From an uncultured virus (IMG/VR IMGVR_UViG_3300035659_000006) (Duplodnaviria; Heunggongvirae; Uroviricota; Caudoviricetes): 64,000 nucleotides of DNA. Under the pieces are notes generated by a model. That model did not search any database. It was not told the origin of the DNA and worked only from the letters and a program-made list of their open reading frames with translations. A program made the translations under genes and the position numbers. The DNA lies in the IMG/VR virus record IMGVR_UViG_3300035659_000006; one strand, 5' to 3'. Position 1 is the first letter of the stretch. Every line of letters begins with the position of its first letter. This document shows positions 1-10,579 of the stretch, in pieces.

Positions 1-199
1 GCACAATCCGCCCATCCTCGGAGGCCCAGTAGGGCTTGGGGGCGGTCACGAATCCTCCTTGCGAGTCCAGGCCAGCTCCAGCCAGCCGAGCGCGAGCCAC
101 CGGCATTCTCCGTCGTCACCCCAGCCCCAGGAGAGGCTGGGCCAGAGAGAGATGACCAGCCGACAGATGGTTAGAAACAGCAGGGGGTCGCCCTTCACC

Positions 200-928
200 T
201 CAGGCACTCCTCGCCTCCAAGCGCGCCAGCCGTCCGGCGCAAGAGCCAAGAGGCCGCCGCAGGCAGGCCGCTACCGCCGCCAGACCTTTGCCCTCCCTCC
301 TCAGCGAGAGGAGCTGAGCATCTTCCTGCGCGGAGAAGCGCCTCGGTCTCTTTCCCCTCTTGCTCCTCATGCAGGGGAGCACGAAGCCGCGTAGGTCTGA
401 CTCTCTCACGAGCCAGTTGCCACGCCGGACCGCAGGCAGAAGCCCTCGGTTAATCCAATGGGAGACCGCCGCGTGGGTCACACCCAGGCGCTGCCCTGCC
501 TCGCCAGTAGACAGGAAGCGGACGTCCGACCGCATCTCAGTTGCCCACGACTTCAAGCTCGCGTCCAGCCGGCTCGGGTCCCAGAGGTGCCAGTGCTGGT
601 CATCTTCCAGAAACCGGAGCAACGCATCCTCGGACACGTACCACATGCGATGGCGGCCGGCGCCCTGGCCGCGCCGGCCCCGCAGGTAACCAGCCCTTAT
701 CCAGGAGCCCACGGGCTTGCTGCATGACATGCCCAGCTTGCTGGCCACAGCGCGGGCGGAGAGGAGCAACCGTAGGCGGGGCCGTATGTGATTCCGCTTT
801 CTGGCGGTCTGGACCGCCACTGCGCTACGGCCCAGGGACTCGCCGATCTTCCCGTCTGTCCAGCCGCGGGCGAGCAGTTCCCCCAGCCGCAGCAGGTCTT
901 CGGCGCTCCACTTCCACCGGCTCCTCAT
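200..928 (-). CDS. Multi-HTH DNA-binding protein (excisionase/MerR-like HTH plus Myb-like ends)
   Basis: FLSTGEAGQRLGVTHAAVSHWINRGLLPA motif; ATG 928 with GGAGAA RBS, overlapping the upstream stop. Confidence 0.65.
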   Translation of the reverse strand: MRSRWKWSAEDLLRLGELLARGWTDGKIGESLGRSAVAVQTARKRNHIRPRLRLLLSARAVASKLGMSCSKPVGSWIRAGYLRGRRGQGAGRHRMWYVSEDALLRFLEDDQHWHLWDPSRLDASLKSWATEMRSDVRFLSTGEAGQRLGVTHAAVSHWINRGLLPAVRRGNWLVRESDLRGFVLPCMRSKRGKRPRRFSAQEDAQLLSLRREGKGLAAVAACLRRPLGSCAGRLARLEARSA

Positions 929-1908
929 GACGCCTTCTCCTGCGTATTTCTCCCAAGCCGGCGCAGGAGCAGGGCGGCGTTCATTGGCCCTTCGGCACGC
1001 CTCTCCAACTCTCGAAGCCCGCGGCACAGGAAGTCGTACAGCTCCTCATCAGTAAGGGTTCCGAGCGCCTTCTTCTGCCGGTAGGGCCCGGGCCACTGTT
1101 CCCAGACGATCTCGAGCGAGCCGCGCATCGCCGCAGGGATCGGGCGCAGCATCTCGTCCTCGAGGTCCCGCCAGTTAAGGCCGTCTTCGTCTCGCATATC
1201 GGATCGCCGACTCGCCAAGGTAGCCCTGCTCGCCACCTGTGGCGGCCAATCGCGCAAAGGCGTTCTGCCGCTCGGCCCGTTGCTCGGCGAGACGAGCCAG
1301 GTGAGCACGGCGAAGCCACGCGCCCCAGGCCTGGCTTCTACGCCTAGGACTTCGCTTCGGAGGCCGGTCATGACGCCGGGCCCAGGCTATCGCCGGAGCG
1401 TAGCCGTCTGGTGGCTGTGTGAAGAGGAAGCGGGACTGGCCATACTCGGGCGGCTCGCAGGTCATATTATGACCGCACCTCCGCCAAAGCCTTCTGCACG
1501 CACCTGCAGTCCTTCGGCTCGCGGCCTCCCGTGCTGGCATACTCGCTCTCGGTCATCACCAGCAGCGCCTCATAGCCGCCGCCCTTCCAGCGCCGACACT
1601 GAGCTGCGTCCTGTTCCCGGAGAGCCCGCCGGAGGATGCCGCAGCCGTCAGCGTGCCGAGTCGCGCGGAATGTGCCGTTCATCAGGTAGCGGACGATCAT
1701 GCTCATGATTTCGCCTTCCGCTCGCCGACTCCCAGGGGCAGGTTGAAGCAGCGGCCCTTCCCCGGATGACAGGGCTTCCCATGGTCGCAGTAGGCGCACC
1801 GCCCGTTGCCGCCCGGCTCGAACGTGTCACAGGCGCCGTAGTCCGGACTGTGGCAGCAGCCGCAGTCGCAGCGATTCGCAGCGAAGTGCTCCGGCCTGCC
1901 CTCTGAGG

Positions 1909-2736
1909 TCACGCGGGCACCTCCTCCCTAAGACTGGCGAGCAACGCCTGGCCCCTGGCCTGCAAGCTGTCGCCGCTCCCATAGCGTCCGCGGAGGTCCT
2001 CGAGATAGCGCCCTATAGCCGCCAACAGGTCGCCGTTTCGCTCAAACTCCTGCAGGACCTTCAGCATGTCGCGGAGGCGGTGGCTGAGATTGGCCACGTT
2101 CCATGACTCGGATTGCTCAAGCATCCTGTCGGGGTGCTTCTGCGCGAACTCCCTCACGACCTCGAGCAGGGCCGCCAGCGGCTCCTCCAGCTCGTGCTTC
2201 TTCTCCCGCAACCGCCGGGCCACCTCGTAGCCGAAGGTCTGGCAGTCCTTGACCTCGCCGGTCGGGCCGAACACCATCCTGGTACGCAGGTCACGGTACA
2301 CTCGGTAGTCCTCGTACCCTCGGTAGAGCAGGGCCAGGACGGCGTCAGCGCTCAGCCTCGGCGGCACATGGCCCCTGGCCGACTTCACCGTCGTCCAGCC
2401 GTTGGCTCCCCTAAGTATGAGGCCAGCGTCATCGGGAACGTCCTGAACTTTGACGATGCCAGTGGGCGCCGCGAAGTAGACGCGATGGAACACCTCGAGA
2501 TAACGGCGCCACTTCTGCGAGGCCACGTCCCTCTGGAAGTCAGACCGCACTCCCTTGACCTCGTAGGCACGGAGGTCCTGGCGAGCGTAGACGTGCGGCT
2601 TCACGGCCACCACGTCGACCCGGCCCGAGTAGGAGCCATCCTCGGTTCCGGGCACCTGCACCTCTGTGAAGGTCAGCCAGCCCGCGCGCCGAAGGTGCTC
2701 GGCCAGGTCGTGCTTCAGGCTCCGGTCAGCGTCCAT
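1909..2736 (-). CDS. MmcB/DUF1052-like PD-(D/E)xK nuclease
   Basis: RVDVVAV...YEVKGVRSDFQRD..QKWRRYL...VYFAAP pattern. Confidence 0.75.
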   Translation of the reverse strand: MDADRSLKHDLAEHLRRAGWLTFTEVQVPGTEDGSYSGRVDVVAVKPHVYARQDLRAYEVKGVRSDFQRDVASQKWRRYLEVFHRVYFAAPTGIVKVQDVPDDAGLILRGANGWTTVKSARGHVPPRLSADAVLALLYRGYEDYRVYRDLRTRMVFGPTGEVKDCQTFGYEVARRLREKKHELEEPLAALLEVVREFAQKHPDRMLEQSESWNVANLSHRLRDMLKVLQEFERNGDLLAAIGRYLEDLRGRYGSGDSLQARGQALLASLREEVPA

Positions 2737-2986
2737 CGTTTCGCTTACCTCAGCGTTCGCCTATGGCCAAATTGCCACAGCTATCGCGGCCGCCAGAGCG
2801 AGCCGAAATGGGCAGCGAGCTTCCAAGAGGGCGAGCCCCAGGATGCCGCAGAGTGCGAACCGTATCACCTGCAACTCCCGAACGCCATGCTGGCCAGCAT
2901 CAACAGTTCGCCGACTACAATGCCGGCAGCGAACACGACCAAGCCCCAGATGACGAGCGCCTTGGTACTCAAAGTCCTCATCTCAT

Positions 2987-3061
2987 TGGTAGCGGCGGGA
3001 GGAGTCGAACCTCCGACCTTCGGGTTATGAGCCCGACGAGCTGCCACTGCTCCACGCCGCG
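2987..3061 (-). tRNA. Initiator tRNA-fMet (CAT) with encoded CCA
   Basis: CGCGGCGTGGAGCAGTGGCAGCTCGTCGGGCTCATAACCCGAAGGTCGGAGGTTCGACTCCTCCCGCCGCTACCA: unpaired C1:U72, three G-C pairs in the anticodon stem, TTCGA T-loop. Confidence 0.95.
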
Positions 3062-3260
3062 TCGCCGCCACCTTCTGTCTCAGGCTCCTTCTGCGCTCCC
3101 TGGCAGGTGTGGGCGGCGGAGGCGGCGGGGGGCGTCGGGCGCTCTCCGGAAATGGCTTCTCGCCACCTTTCACTATCCTGCTCATCTGACCGTCACCTCA
3201 CATGTCCCGTACCCGCACACGTTCCGATGCGCTTGCTCAGACAGATCGATGAGGTCGGTG

Positions 3261-3830
3261 CTATCGGCATGGTCTTCCCTGAGCGGTCCGCTTCCGTCGA
3301 TATTCCCGTTGATAGGTCGCACCACGCCGTCCGTCGGCAAGACGCCTAGCGTCGTGCTCCCTTCGGTTGGCCCTGCCCCTCTCGGTTTGCCTGTAGGCCC
3401 TCGCCCGTTCGCGGAGCACTTCCTTGTGGCTGTCCTTATAGCAGCGACTCTGTTCTTGGCGACAGATATCGCAGATTCGAGAGCCACGGGCATCCTTGCG
3501 GGAATAAGGATGCCCCTTCGGACAGCACAGCTTTGCGGCATTCTCAGCCCTGAAGCTGCGATTCATGAGCACGTTGACTAGGGGCGTCACCACCTTCAGA
3601 TGCCACGGATTGACACATGGAGGATTCTCGCATCGATGGTGGATTGTGCCGCCTGCTGGAATCGGGCCAATCACCAACTGATAGGCCACACGGTGAGCCC
3701 GTTGCGTTTTCCCTTGAAACGAGAAGCGGCCATAACCGCCGCTGGTGGTGCCACCTCGCCATACCCAGCAATCGCCGGACTTGTCGACTTTAGACCAGAA
3801 GCGTTCTTCGGGGGTAGAATGAGAGGGCAT
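3261..3830 (-). CDS. HNH homing endonuclease
   Basis: RFWSKVDKSGDCWVW...AHRVAY...HHRCENPPCVNPWHL; AGGAAGGAG RBS; extended -10 TGCTAGAAT at ~3892-3900. Confidence 0.9.
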   Translation of the reverse strand: MPSHSTPEERFWSKVDKSGDCWVWRGGTTSGGYGRFSFQGKTQRAHRVAYQLVIGPIPAGGTIHHRCENPPCVNPWHLKVVTPLVNVLMNRSFRAENAAKLCCPKGHPYSRKDARGSRICDICRQEQSRCYKDSHKEVLRERARAYRQTERGRANRREHDARRLADGRRGATYQREYRRKRTAQGRPCR

Positions 3831-3907
3831 CGGGAAGCGCTCCTTCCTGGTGCTATGCAGCGGGGCGGGCCACACCGTCACCGCTGCGCTCATTCTAGCA
3901 CAACTGT

Positions 3908-4528
3908 TCAGGGTCTGCAGCCCCACGGACTCCACGTATAGCCTGCCCTCTCGAAGACTTCCCACGCGGCACAGTAGTGAATTGTCGGGTCCGTCACCAC
4001 CTGCTCCCAGGTCCAGCCGTGCACCTTCAGCATGTAGCCCTCCCACGTCGACCTCGAAATCTGCAGCGGCCCCCCATGCTCCCGACTCAGATCGTATGTC
4101 GCGGGGTTTCGTCCGCTGTCGGACTCGCAAGCTTCGACTCTGGCGACAGCGGGCCAGAGTTCCGTTGGCCAGCAGGGGTACTGCGTCGCGAGCAGCCTCT
4201 TGCCTTCTGCATCCCGTCTAGGCGCAGCGCCTGATCCAACGTCAGTACCCGCTCCCGGATCGTCCGGTCTAGGAGTTGGTACGGCGTCGGATTTTCGAGG
4301 GCCCGGAGTTTCACTCGCCGGAGGGCCCTCATCTCCTGGCGGCTCAGCAAGGGCCGTCGGCGTGGCCGTCCGTTGCGCAGCCGGCTGAAGAGCCAGCTCA
4401 CCGCGCACGATAGAATCAACACGCTCAACCCGTACAGGATCGCTGTCACTGACACCCCCTCTCGCACATGCAGCGACGGCGACCGTTGATCCGAGAAGCA
4501 GGCCGGCCACCGCCAACAGCCACCTCAA
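3908..4528 (-). CDS. Exported lysozyme-fold transglycosylase (SLT/Rpf-like)
   Basis: Signal/lipoprotein-like N-terminus, Pro-rich linker, ACES...GPLQISRSTW...WSPWGC motif. Confidence 0.7.
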   Translation of the reverse strand: MRWLLAVAGLLLGSTVAVAACARGGVSDSDPVRVERVDSIVRGELALQPAAQRTATPTALAEPPGDEGPPASETPGPRKSDAVPTPRPDDPGAGTDVGSGAAPRRDAEGKRLLATQYPCWPTELWPAVARVEACESDSGRNPATYDLSREHGGPLQISRSTWEGYMLKVHGWTWEQVVTDPTIHYCAAWEVFERAGYTWSPWGCRP

Positions 4529-4710
4529 GCACCGTGCTTCCTGCTAGACCCGCTCCGGCGGGGGCAGATGTTCGAGAGCATTACAGCCTCCCTTTCAGCT
4601 TCAGTCCTCGTCGTCATTCTGGTCATGGCCAAGGCTCACATGGAGAGCAAACAGCACCGAGAGCCCGAGCAGACAACAGCCAAGGGCCAGCAAAGCCCAC
4701 TCCTGAATGC

Positions 4711-5562
4711 TCATCCGTACACCTCCGGCACTTCCCTCGGCCAATCACCCGGCGGCCACTCCGCCGGATCGCCAGCCCGTGTCCTCCGGCCCAGGTTGAC
4801 TCTAGCCCAGGCCGTGCCGAATTGTTTCGTGAACGCTGGCACACCGGCCTGCCTGCACTGCGCGACAGCAGCAGCTATCCACGCCGGATCACAGGGGCGG
4901 GCTCCGGCACCGGACTCTCCGCCTGCGATGAGCCAGCCAAGCCCTGGACGGCCTGGCTGCGGCAGCAGCCAGGGGGAGAAGTCGACCGCTTCCAGGGCGG
5001 GTTCATAGGAGGCGAAGTGGAGCGCCGCCGGCGTCTCCAGCAGCAGCGGTATGCGCTCGTCAGCGGTCACCTGGTCCTCGACGCTGACACCGAGCCAGAC
5101 ATTGGGCAGGGGCCAGGGCATCATATTGGTCGCGCCCCACCCGCCAGCTATCAGCCATTGTTCATTGGTTAGTTGTTCCTCAATGGGGCGGAAGGCCGTC
5201 ATAATGCGCGTCGACAGGTCTGAAACGGCCAGATACTTCATGGCGAGGTCTGCCCGCTTCGTGAGAAGCAGGTAAGTAGAGCGGGGCGTGATGGCCATGA
5301 CCGCAAACATCCTGTCGCGGAACTCATCTGGCACATCCGCGTGGAACAGGTCGCCAAGTGGAGCTACAAACGCGCGCTGCCGTCCGCGCCAGCTGAACGG
5401 CTCGTTCAGCTTGTCCGCATGGCAGACAACGAGGTGCGGGTCGCGCCTCATCCGCCTGAGCATCGCCCTGCCCCAGCAGCGCTGGCAGCCGGCGCTCACT
5501 GGCGTGCAACCGGAGACGACGCTCCAGATGCGGGTCGCCCATTCGATGCCAGTCTCAGCCAC
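4711..5562 (-). CDS. DUF5131 (phage Gp37/Gp68) family protein
   Basis: TGIEWA..W..VSGCTPVSAGCQRCW, DLFH, LLTKR, NVWLGVSVEDQ, WLIAGGESG. Confidence 0.9.
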   Translation of the reverse strand: MAETGIEWATRIWSVVSGCTPVSAGCQRCWGRAMLRRMRRDPHLVVCHADKLNEPFSWRGRQRAFVAPLGDLFHADVPDEFRDRMFAVMAITPRSTYLLLTKRADLAMKYLAVSDLSTRIMTAFRPIEEQLTNEQWLIAGGWGATNMMPWPLPNVWLGVSVEDQVTADERIPLLLETPAALHFASYEPALEAVDFSPWLLPQPGRPGLGWLIAGGESGAGARPCDPAWIAAAVAQCRQAGVPAFTKQFGTAWARVNLGRRTRAGDPAEWPPGDWPREVPEVYG

Positions 5563-5899
5563 CGGTTAGTTCCTCGCGAACGCTCGCCAGATAAGCCAGC
5601 GAAGAAGCGTCCGGTCCCACCCCAGTCAGCCGATCCCCACGGCACATGAGAGACATGACCACCACGCCCGCTGGCAGCGCGACGGGCTGGTGAGGCGCAG
5701 AACGCATCAGGTATGTCACCTCGGCCGCCAGCATTCGGCCCGTGTAAGCAGCGGTGTCGGGATCCCACTCCCGCAGGCGGAGAATGTCGCCAACGCCATA
5801 GTCACGGCCATCATCGACCCGTACCTCGAAGCGCTTCCTTCCGCTCCTGATGGCGTTGAAGGACTCGGGCCAGCATTTCAAGTCATGCACCTTACTCAC
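5555..5899 (-). CDS. DUF3850/ASCH-like protein
   Basis: HDLKCWPESFNAIRSGRKRFEVR..D.RDYGVGDILRLREW; GTG overlaps the upstream stop. Confidence 0.85.
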   Translation of the reverse strand: MSKVHDLKCWPESFNAIRSGRKRFEVRVDDGRDYGVGDILRLREWDPDTAAYTGRMLAAEVTYLMRSAPHQPVALPAGVVVMSLMCRGDRLTGVGPDASSLAYLASVREELTGG

Positions 5900-6180
5900 T
5901 GCGCTCCCTCCGGCTGCCCTATCGCCAGCAGCGCCTCCGAGAACGGCACACAGTCCACGTGCTCCTCTGGCTTGCCGCCACACCACTCGTGCAGCGCCTT
6001 GCTGTACTTGGCGCTCGACGTCAGCCACCAGGTCGGCTGGCCTGTCGCGCGCTTGAACTCGATGAGTGCGAAGTCCCGTCGGCCGTCCGGCCGCGGAATC
6101 CAGCCATACACCACGACATGCTCGTCGCCGACCACGCCGCGATCCCACTGGACGAAATCGGGCAGCGACGGATGGCCCAT
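5896..6180 (-). CDS. Hypothetical protein
   Basis: ATG with AGGAG RBS, coupled to neighbours. Confidence 0.5.
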   Translation of the reverse strand: MGHPSLPDFVQWDRGVVGDEHVVVYGWIPRPDGRRDFALIEFKRATGQPTWWLTSSAKYSKALHEWCGGKPEEHVDCVPFSEALLAIGQPEGAQ

Positions 6181-6589
6181 CAGGGTCTCCTTCCCAGGCG
6201 CACGTCCCTCAGCCTCAGCAGCTCGTTCTCCGCCGCGTCGAAATGCACCAGCCCCCGCCGCTCTAGCCATGCCACCAAGCCCCACGTCGCCAGCCAGACC
6301 GCGTGCCCGATGATGTGCAAGGCCCACAGCGGCAGCGGCCAGACGGCCCGCCACGCCCGGACCGTCCGTCCCCGATAGACGGGCAGGTAGCCGAAGTCGC
6401 CCCATCTGAAGCCCAAGAAGCGGAGCGCGTCGCTCGGCGCGTAGTGCCTGGCCAGGAAGCTGACAGGAATCCACACGACCGGTGGCCCGTGCTGGAGGAG
6501 TTCCAGGTCTCTCCAGTCGCCAGGCCATGCGGTAGTCGGAACGCCCGGGTCGGTGAGCTCCTTCAGGACAGCTCGCAGCTTGCGCCAGC

Positions 6590-6886
6590 TCACGGCGCAC
6601 ACCTCGGACAGCGCTCGGCTGGCTCCAGATAGAGCACGGCCAGCAGGCCGCTGTAGGACTCGGGGACGTCCCAGGATGGGTCGGCCCGAAGGGATTCGGT
6701 TGTAGCAACCTCAATCCTTGTGACGCGCACGTGGCCGATGTGGTGTTGGAAACGGCCCGGCTGGACCGGATAGCGGGTATCCAGCTTGTAGGCAAGGGCG
6801 TGGCCGTTCTTGTGCAGGAGCGGTCGACAGGTCGCCTCGACCTCTCCTGCCAGCACGGCTCTTGCGACGTCGGCGGAGAAGATCAT
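6590..6886 (-). CDS. ASCH-like protein
   Basis: MIFS...AVLAGEVEATCRP...YPVQPGR...IGHVRVTRI resembles the ASCH GxKTxTxR fold. Confidence 0.55.
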   Translation of the reverse strand: MIFSADVARAVLAGEVEATCRPLLHKNGHALAYKLDTRYPVQPGRFQHHIGHVRVTRIEVATTESLRADPSWDVPESYSGLLAVLYLEPAERCPRCAP

Positions 6887-6891
6887 CGGCC

Positions 6892-7272
6892 CTACTCCGA
6901 GGGCGCGTCCTGGGGCGGCGGGCCCGGTGGAGGCGGTCGCAGGGTCGCACCGCCTTCGGTCTCGCGCGGCTCCGGAAGCGGCGCGGCCCCGGCTTCGCGG
7001 TTGACGGTCACGGCCCCCGGTACCGTCGGCTGCTCGCCTTCCGGCGGCCGCCACTCAGGCGGGTCCCAGTGCTCCACGCTCTCAGGCCGGCCAAGGACGT
7101 ACTTGATGCCCCGGCGGATGAAGATGTTGCCACTCAGGCGCCCCTTGTCCTCTTCGCTTGTGCCCATGATGGCCAGAACCCGGTAGCCGTGCTCCAGGTA
7201 CAGGTTGCCCTTGATCCGTCGGGCTTCGGTCACTTCCACGATGTCCTCTAGCCCCATGCCGTGCCTCCTCAA
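6892..7272 (-). CDS. Hypothetical protein
   Basis: Operon-coupled ORF. Confidence 0.5.
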   Translation of the reverse strand: MRRHGMGLEDIVEVTEARRIKGNLYLEHGYRVLAIMGTSEEDKGRLSGNIFIRRGIKYVLGRPESVEHWDPPEWRPPEGEQPTVPGAVTVNREAGAAPLPEPRETEGGATLRPPPPGPPPQDAPSE

Positions 7273-9065
7273 TCTCCGCTCATCAGCGAGTCCGCCGCCT
7301 TCACGCGGCCGTAGCCCTCGATCAAGTCCAGCGTCCTTAACCGCCCCATGGCATTTCTGAAGCCGCCGCCGCTGGCCTCGTAGCCCGTCAGTGAGGCGAC
7401 CTCTTCCTTCTCGATCGGCTCCGGGTAGCGCTCGGCGAGCACCTCCAAGATCAGCCGCTCCGCCCTCGGCAGCCGGCCAAGCCAGTACTGCACCAGCTCC
7501 GGGCCGGGGGCAGGTAAGGGCTCCGAGTCGGTGCCGATAGCGTCAGCGCCAGCCGCAGTCAGCACGACGGGCCCGCGGCCCTCGACATAGCCAGCACTGC
7601 GGAGAGCACCCAGGGCGTTCCGGAAGCCTCCGCCACGTGAGGAATAGCCGGTCAGCAGCGCCAGTTGTGTCACGCTCCTACCCTGGGGATACTGGGCCAG
7701 GGCCGACAGGATGAGGCGCTCGGCTCGCGCCAGCCGACCGTTAGAGTCGCCACCACGGACCCGGCGAATGGCTTCTTCCGCCCTCATTTCGCCCGATGCC
7801 CGCGGCGCGGCACCACGAGCCCTTCGCCAGTCTGGAGTGAAGGGCCGAGGTGGCGAGGGCGGCGGGGGACGAGGCTCCGGAGGCGGAGGCTTATCGTTGC
7901 CTTTGACGATGCGCAGCGGCGGCCCGCTGTCGATAGCCCGGCGCCATGCCTCCAACGCCACGCGAAGAGCCTCTAGGACGGCATCGGCCGCCGAGTGTAG
8001 CGCCTGGAAGCGGTGTTCCCAGCCCGATACGCTCGACCGCAACGAGGCCAATTCGCCCTCATGCCCGCAGGTCACAGCCTTGTCACGACGCAGCTTGGCA
8101 AGCTCCCGCTCCAGTTCGGATATCTGCTTTCTCAAGAGGCGCGGGTCCTCGCGCTGGGCCCGTTCGATGGCCCCCGCCAGGCGGGCCCGCAGGGCCTCGA
8201 GATCAACCGGCGCCATCTGCTTAGGCGCGGCCCGGACCTCTCCCACCTTCGGCGTGGCCGACGAGTCGAAGGTCTTGCGCTCCCTGACCCGTACCCGCTC
8301 GAAGACCTCCAGCCAGCCCGGCGACCAGAACCAGGCGGTGCCCACAGGCAAGGAGGGCAGCGAGCCCATCATCACCTCGCGCTGCTCTGGCGTGCCATGC
8401 ACCTTCACCCAGGCATCGACAGCGTCCCTGTCCTGGGGCGCGATGGTCCGTAGGGCCACCAGCACCTCTGCTTGTGTCAGCACGTCCTTGTTCAGGACGG
8501 CAGAGCGCTGCGAAATCAGCGTGACGCCGATGCCCCTGGCCCGGCCCCGACGCACCAGGTCCTCGACCGCTCCCAGCATCCGCTCCTGGCCATGCATAGG
8601 ACGTTGCGGTGCGAAAGCGTCGGCTTCGTCCAAGAACAGGTGCAGTGGCTCCCTGTTGCGGTGGTACAGGCGCTCGCAGAAGTCGGTCATGAACCGCGTC
8701 TGCTCGCCCTTCCTGAACAGCGACAGGTCGAGCACCAAAGACAGGCCCTCGTCCACCACCAGGTCAGCCACCAGTTCGCCGCTGGCTAATTCCAAGGGCA
8801 GGTCCCCGTGGCTCCCGCCGAGCACGATGATGGGCAGCCCCGGGCCCCGGCCGTCAGCAGCGGCGCGAAGTCCCCACCACACTCCGATTGGGTCAGCAAC
8901 TACCACGTGGAGGCCAGCGCCCAGCATCTCTTCTGCCATCACGCTGGCGCAGTACGTCTTGCCCGCGCCTCTTTTGGAGAGGATAGCGAAGGTCTGGGTC
9001 ACGGCTTCTGTCGGCAGCGTAAAGGGCTTGTCGCTCGACGTCCTACCGATCAGGAGACCGGCCAT
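7269..9065 (-). CDS. HerA/FtsK-superfamily ATPase (DUF87/DUF853-like) with two C-terminal winged-helix repeats
   Basis: Walker A SKRGAGKT, Walker B LFLDEAD, RGRARGIG...SQR; duplicated AERLIL...TGY..GGGFRNA. Confidence 0.85.
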   Translation of the reverse strand: MAGLLIGRTSSDKPFTLPTEAVTQTFAILSKRGAGKTYCASVMAEEMLGAGLHVVVADPIGVWWGLRAAADGRGPGLPIIVLGGSHGDLPLELASGELVADLVVDEGLSLVLDLSLFRKGEQTRFMTDFCERLYHRNREPLHLFLDEADAFAPQRPMHGQERMLGAVEDLVRRGRARGIGVTLISQRSAVLNKDVLTQAEVLVALRTIAPQDRDAVDAWVKVHGTPEQREVMMGSLPSLPVGTAWFWSPGWLEVFERVRVRERKTFDSSATPKVGEVRAAPKQMAPVDLEALRARLAGAIERAQREDPRLLRKQISELERELAKLRRDKAVTCGHEGELASLRSSVSGWEHRFQALHSAADAVLEALRVALEAWRRAIDSGPPLRIVKGNDKPPPPEPRPPPPSPPRPFTPDWRRARGAAPRASGEMRAEEAIRRVRGGDSNGRLARAERLILSALAQYPQGRSVTQLALLTGYSSRGGGFRNALGALRSAGYVEGRGPVVLTAAGADAIGTDSEPLPAPGPELVQYWLGRLPRAERLILEVLAERYPEPIEKEEVASLTGYEASGGGFRNAMGRLRTLDLIEGYGRVKAADSLMSGD

Positions 9066-9269
9066 AGCTCCTCCTCGACGGCTCGCCGCTCGACCCGCTC
9101 CTCATGCTCCTCGCGCCAGGTGGGAGCCTCGGCAGGGAATGTCCTCTCCGCACCGCAGAACCGGCAGCGAGCGGGCAGCTCAGCCATGCCAGGCCGGGGA
9201 GCCTCTATGACCCACCAGTGCACACAGGCAGCAACTGCCGTCTCCATCGGGTCCCTCCTGTCCGTGCGG

Positions 9270-9299
9270 ACTTTAGCATTATGCTGCACAAAAGGTCAA
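9270..9299 (-). promoter_or_regulatory. Sigma70-type promoter with overlapping palindrome
   Basis: TTGACC-N18-TAAAGT with extended TG; palindrome AGCATTATGCT at 9275-9285. Confidence 0.55.
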
Positions 9300-10354
9300 G
9301 GGACTTAGTGGACCGGCGGATGGTCGCCGCCAGGGTAGCCAGGCAGTGCCAGGAACGCGGCCACCTCACGGCAGCCCTCACAGCCCGCAGGGTCCAGGGG
9401 ATGGTTCTTGTACATCAGATGGCGCAGGGCTTCCATCAGTGCCGCTTCCCTCCTTGAGTAGCCGGGCGTGCAGCTCACTCGGGCACGACCTCCGGTTTAC
9501 GGCCGCCGTGGCGCCGCCAGTGGTGCAGCTGGAGGAGCCACAGCGCCAGGATCTCCGAGAACGTCTTCACCTGGCAGGACCAGGGGCAGAGATCGCAGCG
9601 TATCAGCACCGCGTGCCGTCCATGAATGCGGCCTCCGTCGCGAAGCTGGCGAACCTCCGCTCCTCGATCACAGTTGGCCCTCGAGCATCGGCACCTCGCG
9701 CGCCAAGTCCCGGTTCGCCTGCACAACGGCATCGAGCGTCGGAATCAGGTCTTCCGTCCAAGCGTCGTAGGCCGCCTGCAAGACATCAATCAAGGTCTGC
9801 GACCGCTCCTGCAGGTCGGCCATCTCCGGGCCTCGCCCATACTCGACGCGGTTCCACTGGTCGAGCTGAATCCGGGCGCGCTCCATCGCCGCCTTCATTC
9901 TGCCTTTCACGGCATTTTCTCCTCGTTAATCCTTTTGGGCGCAGTGCTGGCCGTGGGGCGACCAGGCGCTCGCCCGTGTGTTTGGCGTTGGCGGGCCGCT
10001 TTTCGGGCCTGTGGCGCCCTGCGCTGCCGCTCGTCGAGGCGGCGGAGATCGTAGGTCGGCATCACGTACGGGCCGGCGATCTTGCTATCGATTCTGTACT
10101 CCACATGACCGCCCTTTGTCCGGCCAGCGACGGCAGCTATCCGCGCGACCCTCCCTCTCCGCAGCCACCCGTAGTACTGCGGCGTCTTGCGATGCTTCCC
10201 ACCAATGCGGGCCAGGTCGCCGGGCTGGAACTTCATCGACCTACCGTCTCCAAGACACATCGCTGCGCGAGACGAAGCGCTCGCCCGCGTCCTCAGGCGC
10301 GCTGGCGTTTCTGGATCGCCGCCACCGTGCCCTGGTGCTCCTTATCGGGCTGCT

Positions 10355-10579
10355 TCACGACTGCTGTCCGTTCTCCAGGCCCCCTTCCGGGTCAACGGCG
10401 GCTGGCTCCAGTACCTCATTGCGCCTCGCCAGCGGGTCGTAGCGTCCCAGGGCCTCTTCCACGAGGCGGCGGAGAGCTTCCGTGCGGTTCGTCTCCCAAT
10501 CGACGGCCAGGTAGTCGATCATCTTGACGAGCCTCGAGGGCAGCCATACGTGGACGGCTTTGTCGCCTTTACGGGGCAC
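10355..10579 (-). CDS. Ribbon-helix-helix (CopG-like) regulator
   Basis: VHVWLPSRLVKMIDYLA....NRTEALRRLVEEAL. Confidence 0.7.
   Translation of the reverse strand: MPRKGDKAVHVWLPSRLVKMIDYLAVDWETNRTEALRRLVEEALGRYDPLARRNEVLEPAAVDPEGGLENGQQS

Noticed and set aside
2865..3185. 106-aa ORF spanning the tRNA-fMet
   Set aside because: It runs through a canonical tRNA; only the 38-aa hydrophobic part from ATG 2981 is plausible
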